From a virus (Duplodnaviria > Caudoviricetes), in IMG/VR virus record IMGVR_UViG_3300042997_002652, positions 202,968-266,967 of that record: a stretch of DNA of 64,000 bases. One strand, written 5' to 3'. This document shows, one piece after another, positions 29,180-37,599 of this stretch. The stretch's first letter is position 1. Each line of letters starts with the position of its first letter. Made by a program: the position numbers and the translations under genes. The notes under the pieces are model-generated. The model did not search any database. It was given only the letters and a program-made list of their open reading frames with translations, and had not been told where the DNA came from.

Positions 29180-30961
29180 ATGTCATATAAAAAGAAATTT
29201 TTAAACAAAAGCGGTATATCTAGTCCGATTTCTGGTGTGAATAGCAATCTAGGCGCCTGGAATGGTTCACCTGGACAAAACGGATCATCTACCGGCGGGT
29301 GGAATAATCATGACATGGGCTATAAAAACTACATGTCAAGATTACCTGAAGTATATACTGGACATCCAAATAGAATAGAACGTTACAATCAATATGAAAT
29401 GATGGATGTTGATGCTGAAGTTAACGCATGTTTAGATATCATTTCAGAGTTTTCTACTCAACGTAATGAACACAATAAAACTCCTTTTGATGTAGAATTT
29501 ACTGAAGAACCCACACCGCACGAAATAGAAATGATTAAAACTCAGTTACAACAATGGTGTAAACTTAATCAATTTGATACTAGAATATTTAAGATTTTTA
29601 GAAACACGCTAAAATACGGTGATCAAGTATTTGTAAGAGATCCAGAAAACTTTAAGCTTTATTGGATAGACATGACTAAAGTAGTCAAAGTTATTGTAAA
29701 CGAAAGTGAAGGTAAACAACCAGAACAATATGTAATCAAAGATATTAATATCAATTTACAAAACTTAACCGTAGCCCAAAAGACTAATACAGACTTTGCT
29801 GCTAATCCTGCTACTGGATCGGGAGGAACAGGTGGCGGTGGTGCTGGAGGAGGATATACGGTTCCTGCAATGCCTTACAATACTACTGGTTCAAGATTTA
29901 CTTTAGGACAAAGTGAAAGTGCTATTGATGCTAAACATATTGTACATCTTAGCTTAACTGAGGGATTAGACAGATTTTGGCCTTTTGGTCAATCAATTTT
30001 AGAAAACATTTTTAAAGTCTACAAGCAAAAAGAATTGCTTGAAGATGCGGTTCTTATCTATCGTGTTCAACGCGCTCCTGAACGTAGAATGTTCAAAATT
30101 GACGTTGGTAATATGCCAAGTCATTTGGCTATGGCTTTTGTAGAAAGAATTAAAAATGAAATTCATCAACGAAGAATCCCTTCAGCACACGGTGGAGGAT
30201 CAGTAGTAGATGCTACATATAATCCACTAAGTATGAACGAGGATTACTTCTTTCCGGTAACTGCTGATGGTAGAGGTTCTTCAGTTGAAGTATTACCTGG
30301 TGGACAAAACTTAGGTGAAATTGATGACTTGCGTTATTTTAATAACAGACTTGCTCGTGGTTTAAGAGTACCAAGTTCATATCTACCAACTGGTCCTGAT
30401 GATAATACTACTCCATTAAGTGATGGTAGAGTAGGTACTGCAATGATTCAAGAATTTAGATTCAATCAGTACTGTGAAAGATTACAAAATTACATGTCAA
30501 TGAATCTTGATGAAGAATTTAAACTGTTCATGAGATGGAGAGGTTTCAACATTGACTCAGGATTATTCACGTTAAGATTCAATCCACCTCAGAACTTTGC
30601 TGCTTATCGTCAAAGTGAACTAGACTCAGCTAGAGTTAGTACATTTACTACAATGGAAGCAGTGCCTTATATATCTAAGCGTTTTGCATTAGAAAGATTC
30701 TTGGGCTTGAGTGAAGAAGAAATTGCTAAAAACGAAAAGCTTTGGGAAGAAGAAAATCAAGAAGAAGTATATAGCGATCCTGCAGGTAGTGACTTACGTA
30801 ACGTGGGTGTTTCAACCGGAGACTTTCAAACTGATCAAACTACTGCCGATTCAATAGAAGCAGGTGAAGAAGCAGGCGCCGAATTGGGACCTGAGGTAGC
30901 TGGTCCGGTAGGTGGAGGAGAAGCTGGTGGAATACTACCAACAACTCCTCCGGCGGGCTAA
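29180..30961 (+). CDS. gp20: Portal protein, T4 gp20-like
   Basis: YEMMDVDAEVNACLD, LEDAVLIYRVQRAPERRMFKIDVGNMP, EDYFFP..GRGSSVEVLPGGQNLGEIDDLRYF..L.RGLRVP.S. Confidence 0.95.
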   Translation: MSYKKKFLNKSGISSPISGVNSNLGAWNGSPGQNGSSTGGWNNHDMGYKNYMSRLPEVYTGHPNRIERYNQYEMMDVDAEVNACLDIISEFSTQRNEHNKTPFDVEFTEEPTPHEIEMIKTQLQQWCKLNQFDTRIFKIFRNTLKYGDQVFVRDPENFKLYWIDMTKVVKVIVNESEGKQPEQYVIKDININLQNLTVAQKTNTDFAANPATGSGGTGGGGAGGGYTVPAMPYNTTGSRFTLGQSESAIDAKHIVHLSLTEGLDRFWPFGQSILENIFKVYKQKELLEDAVLIYRVQRAPERRMFKIDVGNMPSHLAMAFVERIKNEIHQRRIPSAHGGGSVVDATYNPLSMNEDYFFPVTADGRGSSVEVLPGGQNLGEIDDLRYFNNRLARGLRVPSSYLPTGPDDNTTPLSDGRVGTAMIQEFRFNQYCERLQNYMSMNLDEEFKLFMRWRGFNIDSGLFTLRFNPPQNFAAYRQSELDSARVSTFTTMEAVPYISKRFALERFLGLSEEEIAKNEKLWEEENQEEVYSDPAGSDLRNVGVSTGDFQTDQTTADSIEAGEEAGAELGPEVAGPVGGGEAGGILPTTPPAG

Positions 30962-30990
30962 AAGATAAATAGCATATAAAGGAAATTCTA

Positions 30991-31218
30991 ATGAAGTTAC
31001 TAGAAATGTTTGATACGCCCGTTGCGGGAATGCAAGATGTTGATCAAGACAACTCTAAACCTACCTGGAAAGCTTCTAGAAAAACTAAATTAACACTTAA
31101 ACAAATCAGAAAATTACGTAAAATGCTTGACGTTAGACAGTATGAACGCCAACAACATTTGAAAAAAGTAAGAAAGCAGTATGGAGCAAAAGCAGAAGAT
31201 GGTGTTCCAAGTATCTAA
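30991..31218 (+). CDS. Small basic protein in the head operon (prohead core candidate)
   Basis: 75 aa, K/R-rich; GGA RBS and a late-promoter-like motif upstream; sits in the gp67/gp68 slot of T4. Confidence 0.6.
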   Translation: MKLLEMFDTPVAGMQDVDQDNSKPTWKASRKTKLTLKQIRKLRKMLDVRQYERQQHLKKVRKQYGAKAEDGVPSI

Positions 31219-31340
31219 TAAGATTGTGAATTTTTCATAAATCTTGTCAAAAATGTAAAAAATACACACTTAATGACTAGTTTTTTATACTATAGTCTAA
31301 ATAACTATAAGACAAAGCCATTCTATTCAGGAGACTAATA

Positions 31341-32096
31341 ATGGATAACAAAAAATTTGAAAAGTTGATTGATCTTATCATCAACGAAAATACAGAACAA
31401 GCTAGTGATTTATTTCATGATATCGTAGTAGAAAAATCCCGCGAAATTTATGAATCTATCATGGAAGAAGAAATGATGGATGACGACATGTATGACGAAG
31501 GCATGGGCGGTGAAGTAGGTGATCTTTTAGACGAAATTCAATCTGAAGAACATGGTATGATGGAAGATGAAGAAGATGTAGAAGCAATGGACGATGAAAT
31601 GGACATGGCTGACGCTGATGACTCTTTTGACTTAAACGATGAGGATTTCGGTGACGAAGAATCAGGTGAAGAAGTAGAAGATGCTGTAATCAGAATTGAA
31701 GACAAACTAGACCAGCTAATGGCAGAATTTGAATCAATCATGGGCGGCGACGCTGACATGGATGATGCTGAAGAAGTAGAAGTAGATGCTGAAGAAGATT
31801 CTGAAGAAGTTATGGAAGCAGTACAACTTCAAAAAGTATCTGTAACTCACGGTGACAATGGTGTACAAACTAAGTCAACTGTAGCTGCAAACTCAGGTCA
31901 GCGCGGAATGGCAAGTAAGCCAGTAGCAGCAAGTACTACTACTGAAACAGGTCGTACAGCACCAACTACTAAAGATTTAAAAGGCGCAGGAAGTTTTAAA
32001 AATGCTCCTGGACAGAAAAAGCAAGATTTGAGTGCTGCTCCTAAGCCAGTAACTAAAGACGGTTCATCAAACGACCGTAGTCCAGTTGCTAAGTAA
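31341..32096 (+). CDS. Highly acidic prohead core/scaffold-type protein
   Basis: D/E/M-rich centre, AGGAG RBS, located between portal and protease. Confidence 0.65.
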   Translation: MDNKKFEKLIDLIINENTEQASDLFHDIVVEKSREIYESIMEEEMMDDDMYDEGMGGEVGDLLDEIQSEEHGMMEDEEDVEAMDDEMDMADADDSFDLNDEDFGDEESGEEVEDAVIRIEDKLDQLMAEFESIMGGDADMDDAEEVEVDAEEDSEEVMEAVQLQKVSVTHGDNGVQTKSTVAANSGQRGMASKPVAASTTTETGRTAPTTKDLKGAGSFKNAPGQKKQDLSAAPKPVTKDGSSNDRSPVAK

Positions 32097-32138
32097 AAAA
32101 TCTGAGACAAATGGCTTTGTTACTCAGTAACAGCAAAA

Positions 32139-32160
32139 AAGGGGATCGTAAGGTCCCCTT
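32139..32160. terminator. GNRA-capped hairpin upstream of the protease gene
   Basis: AAGGGGATC-GTAA-GGTCCCCTT, a 9-bp stem with one G-T pair, preceded by an A-run. Confidence 0.6.
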
Positions 32161-32177
32161 AAACTGAGAAGTATAAT

Positions 32178-32831
32178 ATGCATAATAAATCAGTACTACA
32201 AGAATATTTAAACCCTTCACTAGCTAAAACTAATGTTATGCTAGAAGAAGGTACAGATGCATTTGGAAACAAAGCTAAAAATATGTACATGGAAGGTATA
32301 TTCATCCAAGGCGATGTAAGAAACGCAAATGGAAGAGTATATCCAAAGAATGAAATATACAAAGCAGTACAAACTATACAAGAACAACTTAAAAGCGGTA
32401 TTTCTATTTGCGGAGAAGTTGATCATCCAGATGATTTAAAAATCAACTTAGATCGTGTTAGTCATTGTATTACTAGTATGAATGTAGATGGTTCTAACGG
32501 TACTGGTAAATTAAAGATTCTTCCTACTCCAATGGGTCAGCTTATTAAAACTATGCTAGAAGCAGGAGTAAAGTTAGGTGTATCATCAAGAGGTTCAGGC
32601 AACGTTAACGATATGAATGGTCATGTTAGTGACTTTGAAATCATTACTGTAGATATCGTAGCACAACCTTCAGCACCTGATGCTTATCCAAAAGCTATTT
32701 ACGAATCATTAATGAATTATAAGAACGGTAGTTACATCAAAGAAGGTTTACAAGAGTCGTTAGAAGTAAAGAAGTTTCGTGCTTCTTTGCAAAAAGATAT
32801 TACAAAGTTTATTAAAAACTTAAAATTATAA
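32178..32831 (+). CDS. gp21: Prohead maturation protease, T4 gp21-like
   Basis: GIFIQGDVRNANGRVYP, GEVDHP (His), LGVSSRGSG (Ser), DIVAQPSAPDAY (Asp). Confidence 0.95.
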   Translation: MHNKSVLQEYLNPSLAKTNVMLEEGTDAFGNKAKNMYMEGIFIQGDVRNANGRVYPKNEIYKAVQTIQEQLKSGISICGEVDHPDDLKINLDRVSHCITSMNVDGSNGTGKLKILPTPMGQLIKTMLEAGVKLGVSSRGSGNVNDMNGHVSDFEIITVDIVAQPSAPDAYPKAIYESLMNYKNGSYIKEGLQESLEVKKFRASLQKDITKFIKNLKL

Positions 32832-32840
32832 AGAATTTAT

Positions 32841-32862
32841 CAAAGTAGGAATTCCTACTTTG
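32841..32862. repeat. Perfect 22-bp palindrome between protease and scaffold genes
   Basis: CAAAGTAGGAATTCCTACTTTG is its own reverse complement. Confidence 0.9.
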
Positions 32863-32914
32863 TGTTAACTCAAGCACTAGAGTATAAACAGGCAATAAGA
32901 GAAGGGGAATAGAT

Positions 32915-34018
32915 ATGCTAGACGCTATCAAACCATTGTTAGAAAGCGGATTAATTAACGAAGATATTGGGCAGCAGATTAATGAAGCCTGGGAAGCTAA
33001 GTTACATGAAGCCAAAGAACAAGTACGCGCAGAACTTAGAGATGAGTTTGCAAACAAGTATGAACACGATAGAAGTGTTATGGTTGAAGCCCTTGATAAA
33101 ATGGTAACTGAAAGTCTTTCTGAAGAAATTAAAGAATTCTATCAAGAAAGACAAGCAATGAACGAAGACCGCGTTAAAGCCAGACAGCAACTAAGCGAAT
33201 CTGCACAAAAATTCAATAACTTTATGGTTCAAAAATTGGCTGAAGAGTTAAAAGAATTAAGAACAGATCGTAAAGTGCAAATGGAAAATCAACAAAAGAT
33301 TGAAAAGTTTATTGTACATGCTCTTGCTAAAGAAATTAAAGAGTTTGCACAAGACAAGCAATCAGTTGTTGAAGCTAAGGTTAAGTTGGTTGCAGAAGGT
33401 CGTGCTCAATTAGAAAAACTTAAAGCTAAGTTTGTTGCTGAAAGTGCTAAGAAAATTAACGCGATTGTTACTACACACATCAAAGGTGAAATGTCACAAC
33501 TTAAAGAAGACATTAAACTTGCCAAAGAAAATAACTTTGGTAGAAAAATTTATGAAGCATTTGCTGGCGAGTTCTCTGTAACTTATCTTAACGATAAAGT
33601 AGAAACTAAAAAGCTTATGAATTCATTGATTGAAAAGGATACAAAATTAGCCGAGTCTTTTGAAAAACTTCAACAAGCACAAAAACTAATTGAAACAAGG
33701 GATCGTGAAGTTCGCATTATCAAAGAATCTACTCAACGTTCTAAAGTACTAGATGATTTAGTATCTACTTTAAACGAAGAAAAGGCTCAAGTAATGAAAT
33801 CTTTACTAGAAAGCGTACAAACATCAAAATTGAAAGTCGCTTTCGACAAATATTTACCCGCAGTACTGAACACAGGTAATCAGTCAAGAACAGGGAAATC
33901 TGTAATTACTGAAAGTCTAGTAGAAGTAACAGGTAATAAATCTGCCAAAAACAATAAAGAAGTTGATATGTCTGATAAAGACAATGTTATTGACATCAAG
34001 CGTTTGGCAGGGCTTTAA
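32915..34018 (+). CDS. gp22: Prohead scaffolding protein, T4 gp22-like
   Basis: 367-aa E/K-rich coiled coil between protease and major capsid gene. Confidence 0.85.
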   Translation: MLDAIKPLLESGLINEDIGQQINEAWEAKLHEAKEQVRAELRDEFANKYEHDRSVMVEALDKMVTESLSEEIKEFYQERQAMNEDRVKARQQLSESAQKFNNFMVQKLAEELKELRTDRKVQMENQQKIEKFIVHALAKEIKEFAQDKQSVVEAKVKLVAEGRAQLEKLKAKFVAESAKKINAIVTTHIKGEMSQLKEDIKLAKENNFGRKIYEAFAGEFSVTYLNDKVETKKLMNSLIEKDTKLAESFEKLQQAQKLIETRDREVRIIKESTQRSKVLDDLVSTLNEEKAQVMKSLLESVQTSKLKVAFDKYLPAVLNTGNQSRTGKSVITESLVEVTGNKSAKNNKEVDMSDKDNVIDIKRLAGL

Positions 34019-34045
34019 TAGACATAGATCAGGAGAAAATATCAC

Positions 34046-35242
34046 ATGTCAAAAATACTCTTAGAAAGCCGTTGGGACGAGACCAAAGAGGCCCTGTTAG
34101 AAGGCTTGAAAGGCACTCGCAAATCAACAATGGGTGTTATCTTAGAAAACACCAAGAAGCAACTACTTGCTGAATCTTCAGCTGGTACAACAACTGCAGG
34201 CAACATTGCTACTCTTAACCGCGTAATTCTACCGGTTATCCGTCGTGTAATGCCAACTGTTATTGCTAACGAACTAGTTGGTGTACAACCAATGACTGGT
34301 CCCGTTGGTCAGATCCACACGTTACGTGTACGTTACGCTCAGTCATTGACTGATACTTCAGCAGCATCAACTTCTGTTACTGCTGGTGAAGAAGCACTAA
34401 GCCCGTTCAAAATTGCACAGGCTTATTCTCGTGTAACTAATGCTGCAACTACTACTGATCAGTACACTGGTGCTAACACTGCTACTTTAGAAGGTAACGG
34501 CGGTAAGCAAATTTCCGTGCAAATCTTAAGACAAGCTGTTGAAGCTAAGTCACGTAAGTTGCAAGCACGTTGGACTTTTGAAGCTGCTCAGGACGCACAG
34601 TCACAGCATGGTATTGATGTAGAAGCAGAGATCATGGCTGCTCTTGCACAAGAAATCACCGCTGAAATAGATCAGGAAATTCTATTGTCATTGCGTACTC
34701 TTGCTTCAACTGAGTTCACTTACAACCAAGCTACTGTATCAGGTACTGCTACTTACGTTGGTGACGAACACGCTGCTTTAGCTGTGTTGATCAACCGCGT
34801 TGCAAACTTGATTGCACAGCGTACCCGTCGTGGTGCTGGTAACTGGGCTGTTGTATCTTCAGCAGCATTGACTGTTCTACAGTCTGCAACTACTTCAGCA
34901 TTCGCACGTACTACTGAAGGAACTTTTGAAGCTCCAACTAACACTAAGTTTGTTGGTACTTTAAACGGTGCAATGCGCGTATTCGTTGACTCTTATGCTC
35001 CAGACACTACTCCGGTATTGGTTGGATATAAAGGTTCAAGCGAAACTGACGCAGCAGCATTCTACTGCCCATACATTCCATTGATGAGCAGCGGTGTTGT
35101 ACTTGATCCAAGTACTTTCGAACCAGTAGTTAGCTTTATGACCAGATATGGTTATATTGAATTGACGAACACTGCATCCTCGTTTGGTAATGCGGCGGAT
35201 TACGTTGGGGAAATTGCGGTCCAGAACTTAACATTCCAATAA
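34046..35242 (+). CDS. gp23: Major capsid protein, T4 gp23-like
   Basis: ILPVIRRVMPTVIANELVGVQPMTGPVGQIH, VEAKSRKLQARWTFEAAQD, ALAQEITAEIDQEIL, FYCPYIPL..DPSTFEPVVSFMTRYG. Confidence 0.97.
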   Translation: MSKILLESRWDETKEALLEGLKGTRKSTMGVILENTKKQLLAESSAGTTTAGNIATLNRVILPVIRRVMPTVIANELVGVQPMTGPVGQIHTLRVRYAQSLTDTSAASTSVTAGEEALSPFKIAQAYSRVTNAATTTDQYTGANTATLEGNGGKQISVQILRQAVEAKSRKLQARWTFEAAQDAQSQHGIDVEAEIMAALAQEITAEIDQEILLSLRTLASTEFTYNQATVSGTATYVGDEHAALAVLINRVANLIAQRTRRGAGNWAVVSSAALTVLQSATTSAFARTTEGTFEAPTNTKFVGTLNGAMRVFVDSYAPDTTPVLVGYKGSSETDAAAFYCPYIPLMSSGVVLDPSTFEPVVSFMTRYGYIELTNTASSFGNAADYVGEIAVQNLTFQ

Positions 35243-35283
35243 AATCTCACTTTTCAGTGATTTTTTGAATGTAATTCAAAAAC

Positions 35284-35312
35284 AGAAAGGGCGCTTAGGC
35301 GCCCTTTCTTAT
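35284..35312 (+). terminator. Intrinsic terminator after gp23
   Basis: AGAAAGGGCGC-TTAG-GCGCCCTTTCT perfect 11-bp stem. Two further inverted repeats lie just upstream (35241-35265 imperfect; TTTTTGAAT/ATTCAAAAA at 35262-35282). Confidence 0.85.
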
Positions 35313-35359
35313 TGCTTTTTATCTAGGTATGATAAATAATATCACTGAAAGGTGAAATT

Positions 35360-36130
35360 ATGTTCAACAACACAAAATATACAAAGCTTTACTATCAAAT
35401 CATAACACCAACTCTGAACAGAGAGTTGAATACATATAAAGAACTACATCATATTATTCCACGATCATTGGGTGGAACCGATGACAAAGATAATCTTACA
35501 TATCTAACCGCTAGAGAACATTTTATCTGTCATTGGCTTTTGGTAAAGATGACTGAAGGACAAGCTAGAAGTAAAATGATCTATGCGCTACAAGGTATGA
35601 GAGCACAAAATGATAGTCAGCAGCGTTACGAAACAAAGATAACCTCTAGAGTATATGAACACTATAGAATAGAACACGCTAGAATACATTCTGAAACAAT
35701 GAAAGGAAAACCTGCTTGGAACAAAGGCAGAAAACTAGAAGGCGATGAACTAGAAAGACAAAGAGAAAGAACTAGAAATAGAAAGATAGACCCTGTCAAA
35801 CAAGCAGAAGGTCAGCTAAAGAGAATTGCGAAAGTTACTGGAAGAAAAGATTCTGAAGAGACTAGGTTAAAGAAAAGTACCGCACATAAAGGTAAATCAA
35901 ACGGTCCTATGAGCGAAGAAGAGAAGTTAAAACGATCAGTTGCTAATAAAGGAAAATCTAAACCGGAAGGATTTGGTGATAAAGTTGCTGAAAGAATGAG
36001 AGAAGAGTTTTCTTACAATAATCCTAATAGAAGAGCCGACCTTAAGAAAGTTTGTGAGCATTGTGGAATTAAAACTGGACCTAGTAATTATACACGCTGG
36101 CACGGAAACAACTGTAAAGAAAAAACCTAG
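35360..36130 (+). mobile_element. Free-standing HNH homing endonuclease with NUMOD3-type DNA-binding repeats
   Basis: ELHHIIPRSLGGTDDKDNLTYLTAREHFICH (HNH); SEETRLKKSTAHKGK and SEEEKLKRSVANKGK (NUMOD3-like); C-terminal CEHC..H..C. Confidence 0.85.
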
Positions 36131-36157
36131 CTAAATAATAGAGAAGAGGTACTCGTT

Positions 36158-36451
36158 ATGATAGCTAAAGACAGTCAAGTAGTTGAAGTATTAGAAGATG
36201 GCACTTTTTATGCATTTGACTTAGAAGTGTGTGATCGTGAAGCAGAAAAAGCATTAAAAAACTTACTGAAAAAAGAAGGCAAACTGTTTAACTATGATTA
36301 TGGTATGACAGTGTTTACTCTATTTGTGTATTGTGTTCATATCTTGCGTGAAGCGGGTTGGGAAACAGAAGAACTAGTTAACGAAGTATTAGATCATACT
36401 GCAATATATGACGGTACTGATGATGACGATGACGAAGATAACGAAGAATGA
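36158..36451 (+). CDS. Hypothetical protein with acidic tail
   Basis: 97 aa, GAGG RBS, ATGA-coupled to the next gene. Confidence 0.65.
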   Translation: MIAKDSQVVEVLEDGTFYAFDLEVCDREAEKALKNLLKKEGKLFNYDYGMTVFTLFVYCVHILREAGWETEELVNEVLDHTAIYDGTDDDDDEDNEE

Positions 36452-37143
36452 AATTATTATTAGGTCCTGAAAATTTACAAACTGAACTTGACTTCACTCT
36501 TTTTAAAAAGAAGGGTCCATTTTATATAGTTAATAATACAATATCTGCTCATGTAAAAAGAATTGGTGTTTACGTATCAGGTGGATTAGATTCTACTGCT
36601 CTTTTGTGTTTGATATTAAGTGAGTTGAAAAGTATTGACAAGTTACATGAAATAGAAGTAGTTTGTTTTACTATAGAAAAAAGCGATGGTCCAACTTATT
36701 ATGCAACACAAGTTATTGAACAAGTAGAAAAGCATTTTAATGTTAAGCTAACACATATTAACAACATAAAAAATGATCCTATTCCAGACTTAACTGGAAA
36801 TATTGGACCAACGCCTATAAAAGAAATTAGAGATTACGATCCCAACAATATGATTATATTCATGGGTATTAATCGTATGGCTCCTCCTGAATTAAAAACT
36901 TATACTTATCCATTGAAAATAGATTATGGATATCAAACTCAAGGGTATCATTATAATTCACCATTTTTGTTCTTACATAAACCACAAATACTAGATATCT
37001 ATTATAAGTTAGGTTGTGAAAATATTATACCCTATACGCATACCTGTACTCAACTTGAAGTGGGCCAATGCGGTATTTGTTACTCTTGTGAAGAAAGAGC
37101 TTGGGGTTTTGAAATGCTCGGTAAACAATATGTTATATCCTAA
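36448..37143 (+). CDS. QueC-like PP-loop ATPase (7-cyano-7-deazaguanine synthase family)
   Basis: YVSGGLDSTALL PP-loop and C-terminal THTC-x7-CGICYSCEER zinc site. Confidence 0.75.
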   Translation: MKLLLGPENLQTELDFTLFKKKGPFYIVNNTISAHVKRIGVYVSGGLDSTALLCLILSELKSIDKLHEIEVVCFTIEKSDGPTYYATQVIEQVEKHFNVKLTHINNIKNDPIPDLTGNIGPTPIKEIRDYDPNNMIIFMGINRMAPPELKTYTYPLKIDYGYQTQGYHYNSPFLFLHKPQILDIYYKLGCENIIPYTHTCTQLEVGQCGICYSCEERAWGFEMLGKQYVIS

Positions 37144-37501
37144 AGCTATCACTGTCTACTGTAACATTTAATATAGATTTTTTATCTGATTTTGATTGTT
37201 TTCTATGTAATCTGCTGCAATTAGCGCATAGTGTTAATAAATTGGTTGTATCTTTGTTATTTTTATCTGCGTCTTTGTAAACCAAATCAAGTTGACATTT
37301 ATCTTTTGCTACGAATCCGCAATGCTCACAAATTAGTTTTTTATCTAATATATGTTTGTATTTGTCGTTATAAATTGCTTTAGCACAATCACTACAAAAT
37401 TTGTGCCATAGTTGAAATCCATACTTACTTTTGCCATTTTTTTTAGCTAAAGATAGCTTACAATGTTTGCATCTGGGGCGGGGTTTTTGTTTTGTTAACA
37501 T
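37133..37501 (-). CDS. Zinc-finger protein with degenerate HNH domain
   Basis: CKHC, C..C, CEHC..QLDLVYKDADKNN...NLLTLCANCSRL: an HNH scaffold lacking the usual His residues. Confidence 0.65.
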   Translation of the reverse strand: MLTKQKPRPRCKHCKLSLAKKNGKSKYGFQLWHKFCSDCAKAIYNDKYKHILDKKLICEHCGFVAKDKCQLDLVYKDADKNNKDTTNLLTLCANCSRLHRKQSKSDKKSILNVTVDSDSFRI

Positions 37502-37599
37502 CTTTTATTTATCAATAAAAAAGATATTTAGGGTGCTTAATTAGAGCACTCAGAATAAAAGTTTTAGATAAATACTATATCAGATAATGGAATATTTTC

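Noticed and set aside
32111-32180. Programmed frameshift fusing the leader mini-ORF (AAAAAAGGGG plus hairpin) to gp21
   Set aside because: Joining gp21 needs a +1 shift, and that frame hits TAA at 32160-32162; a -1 shift gives the wrong frame.
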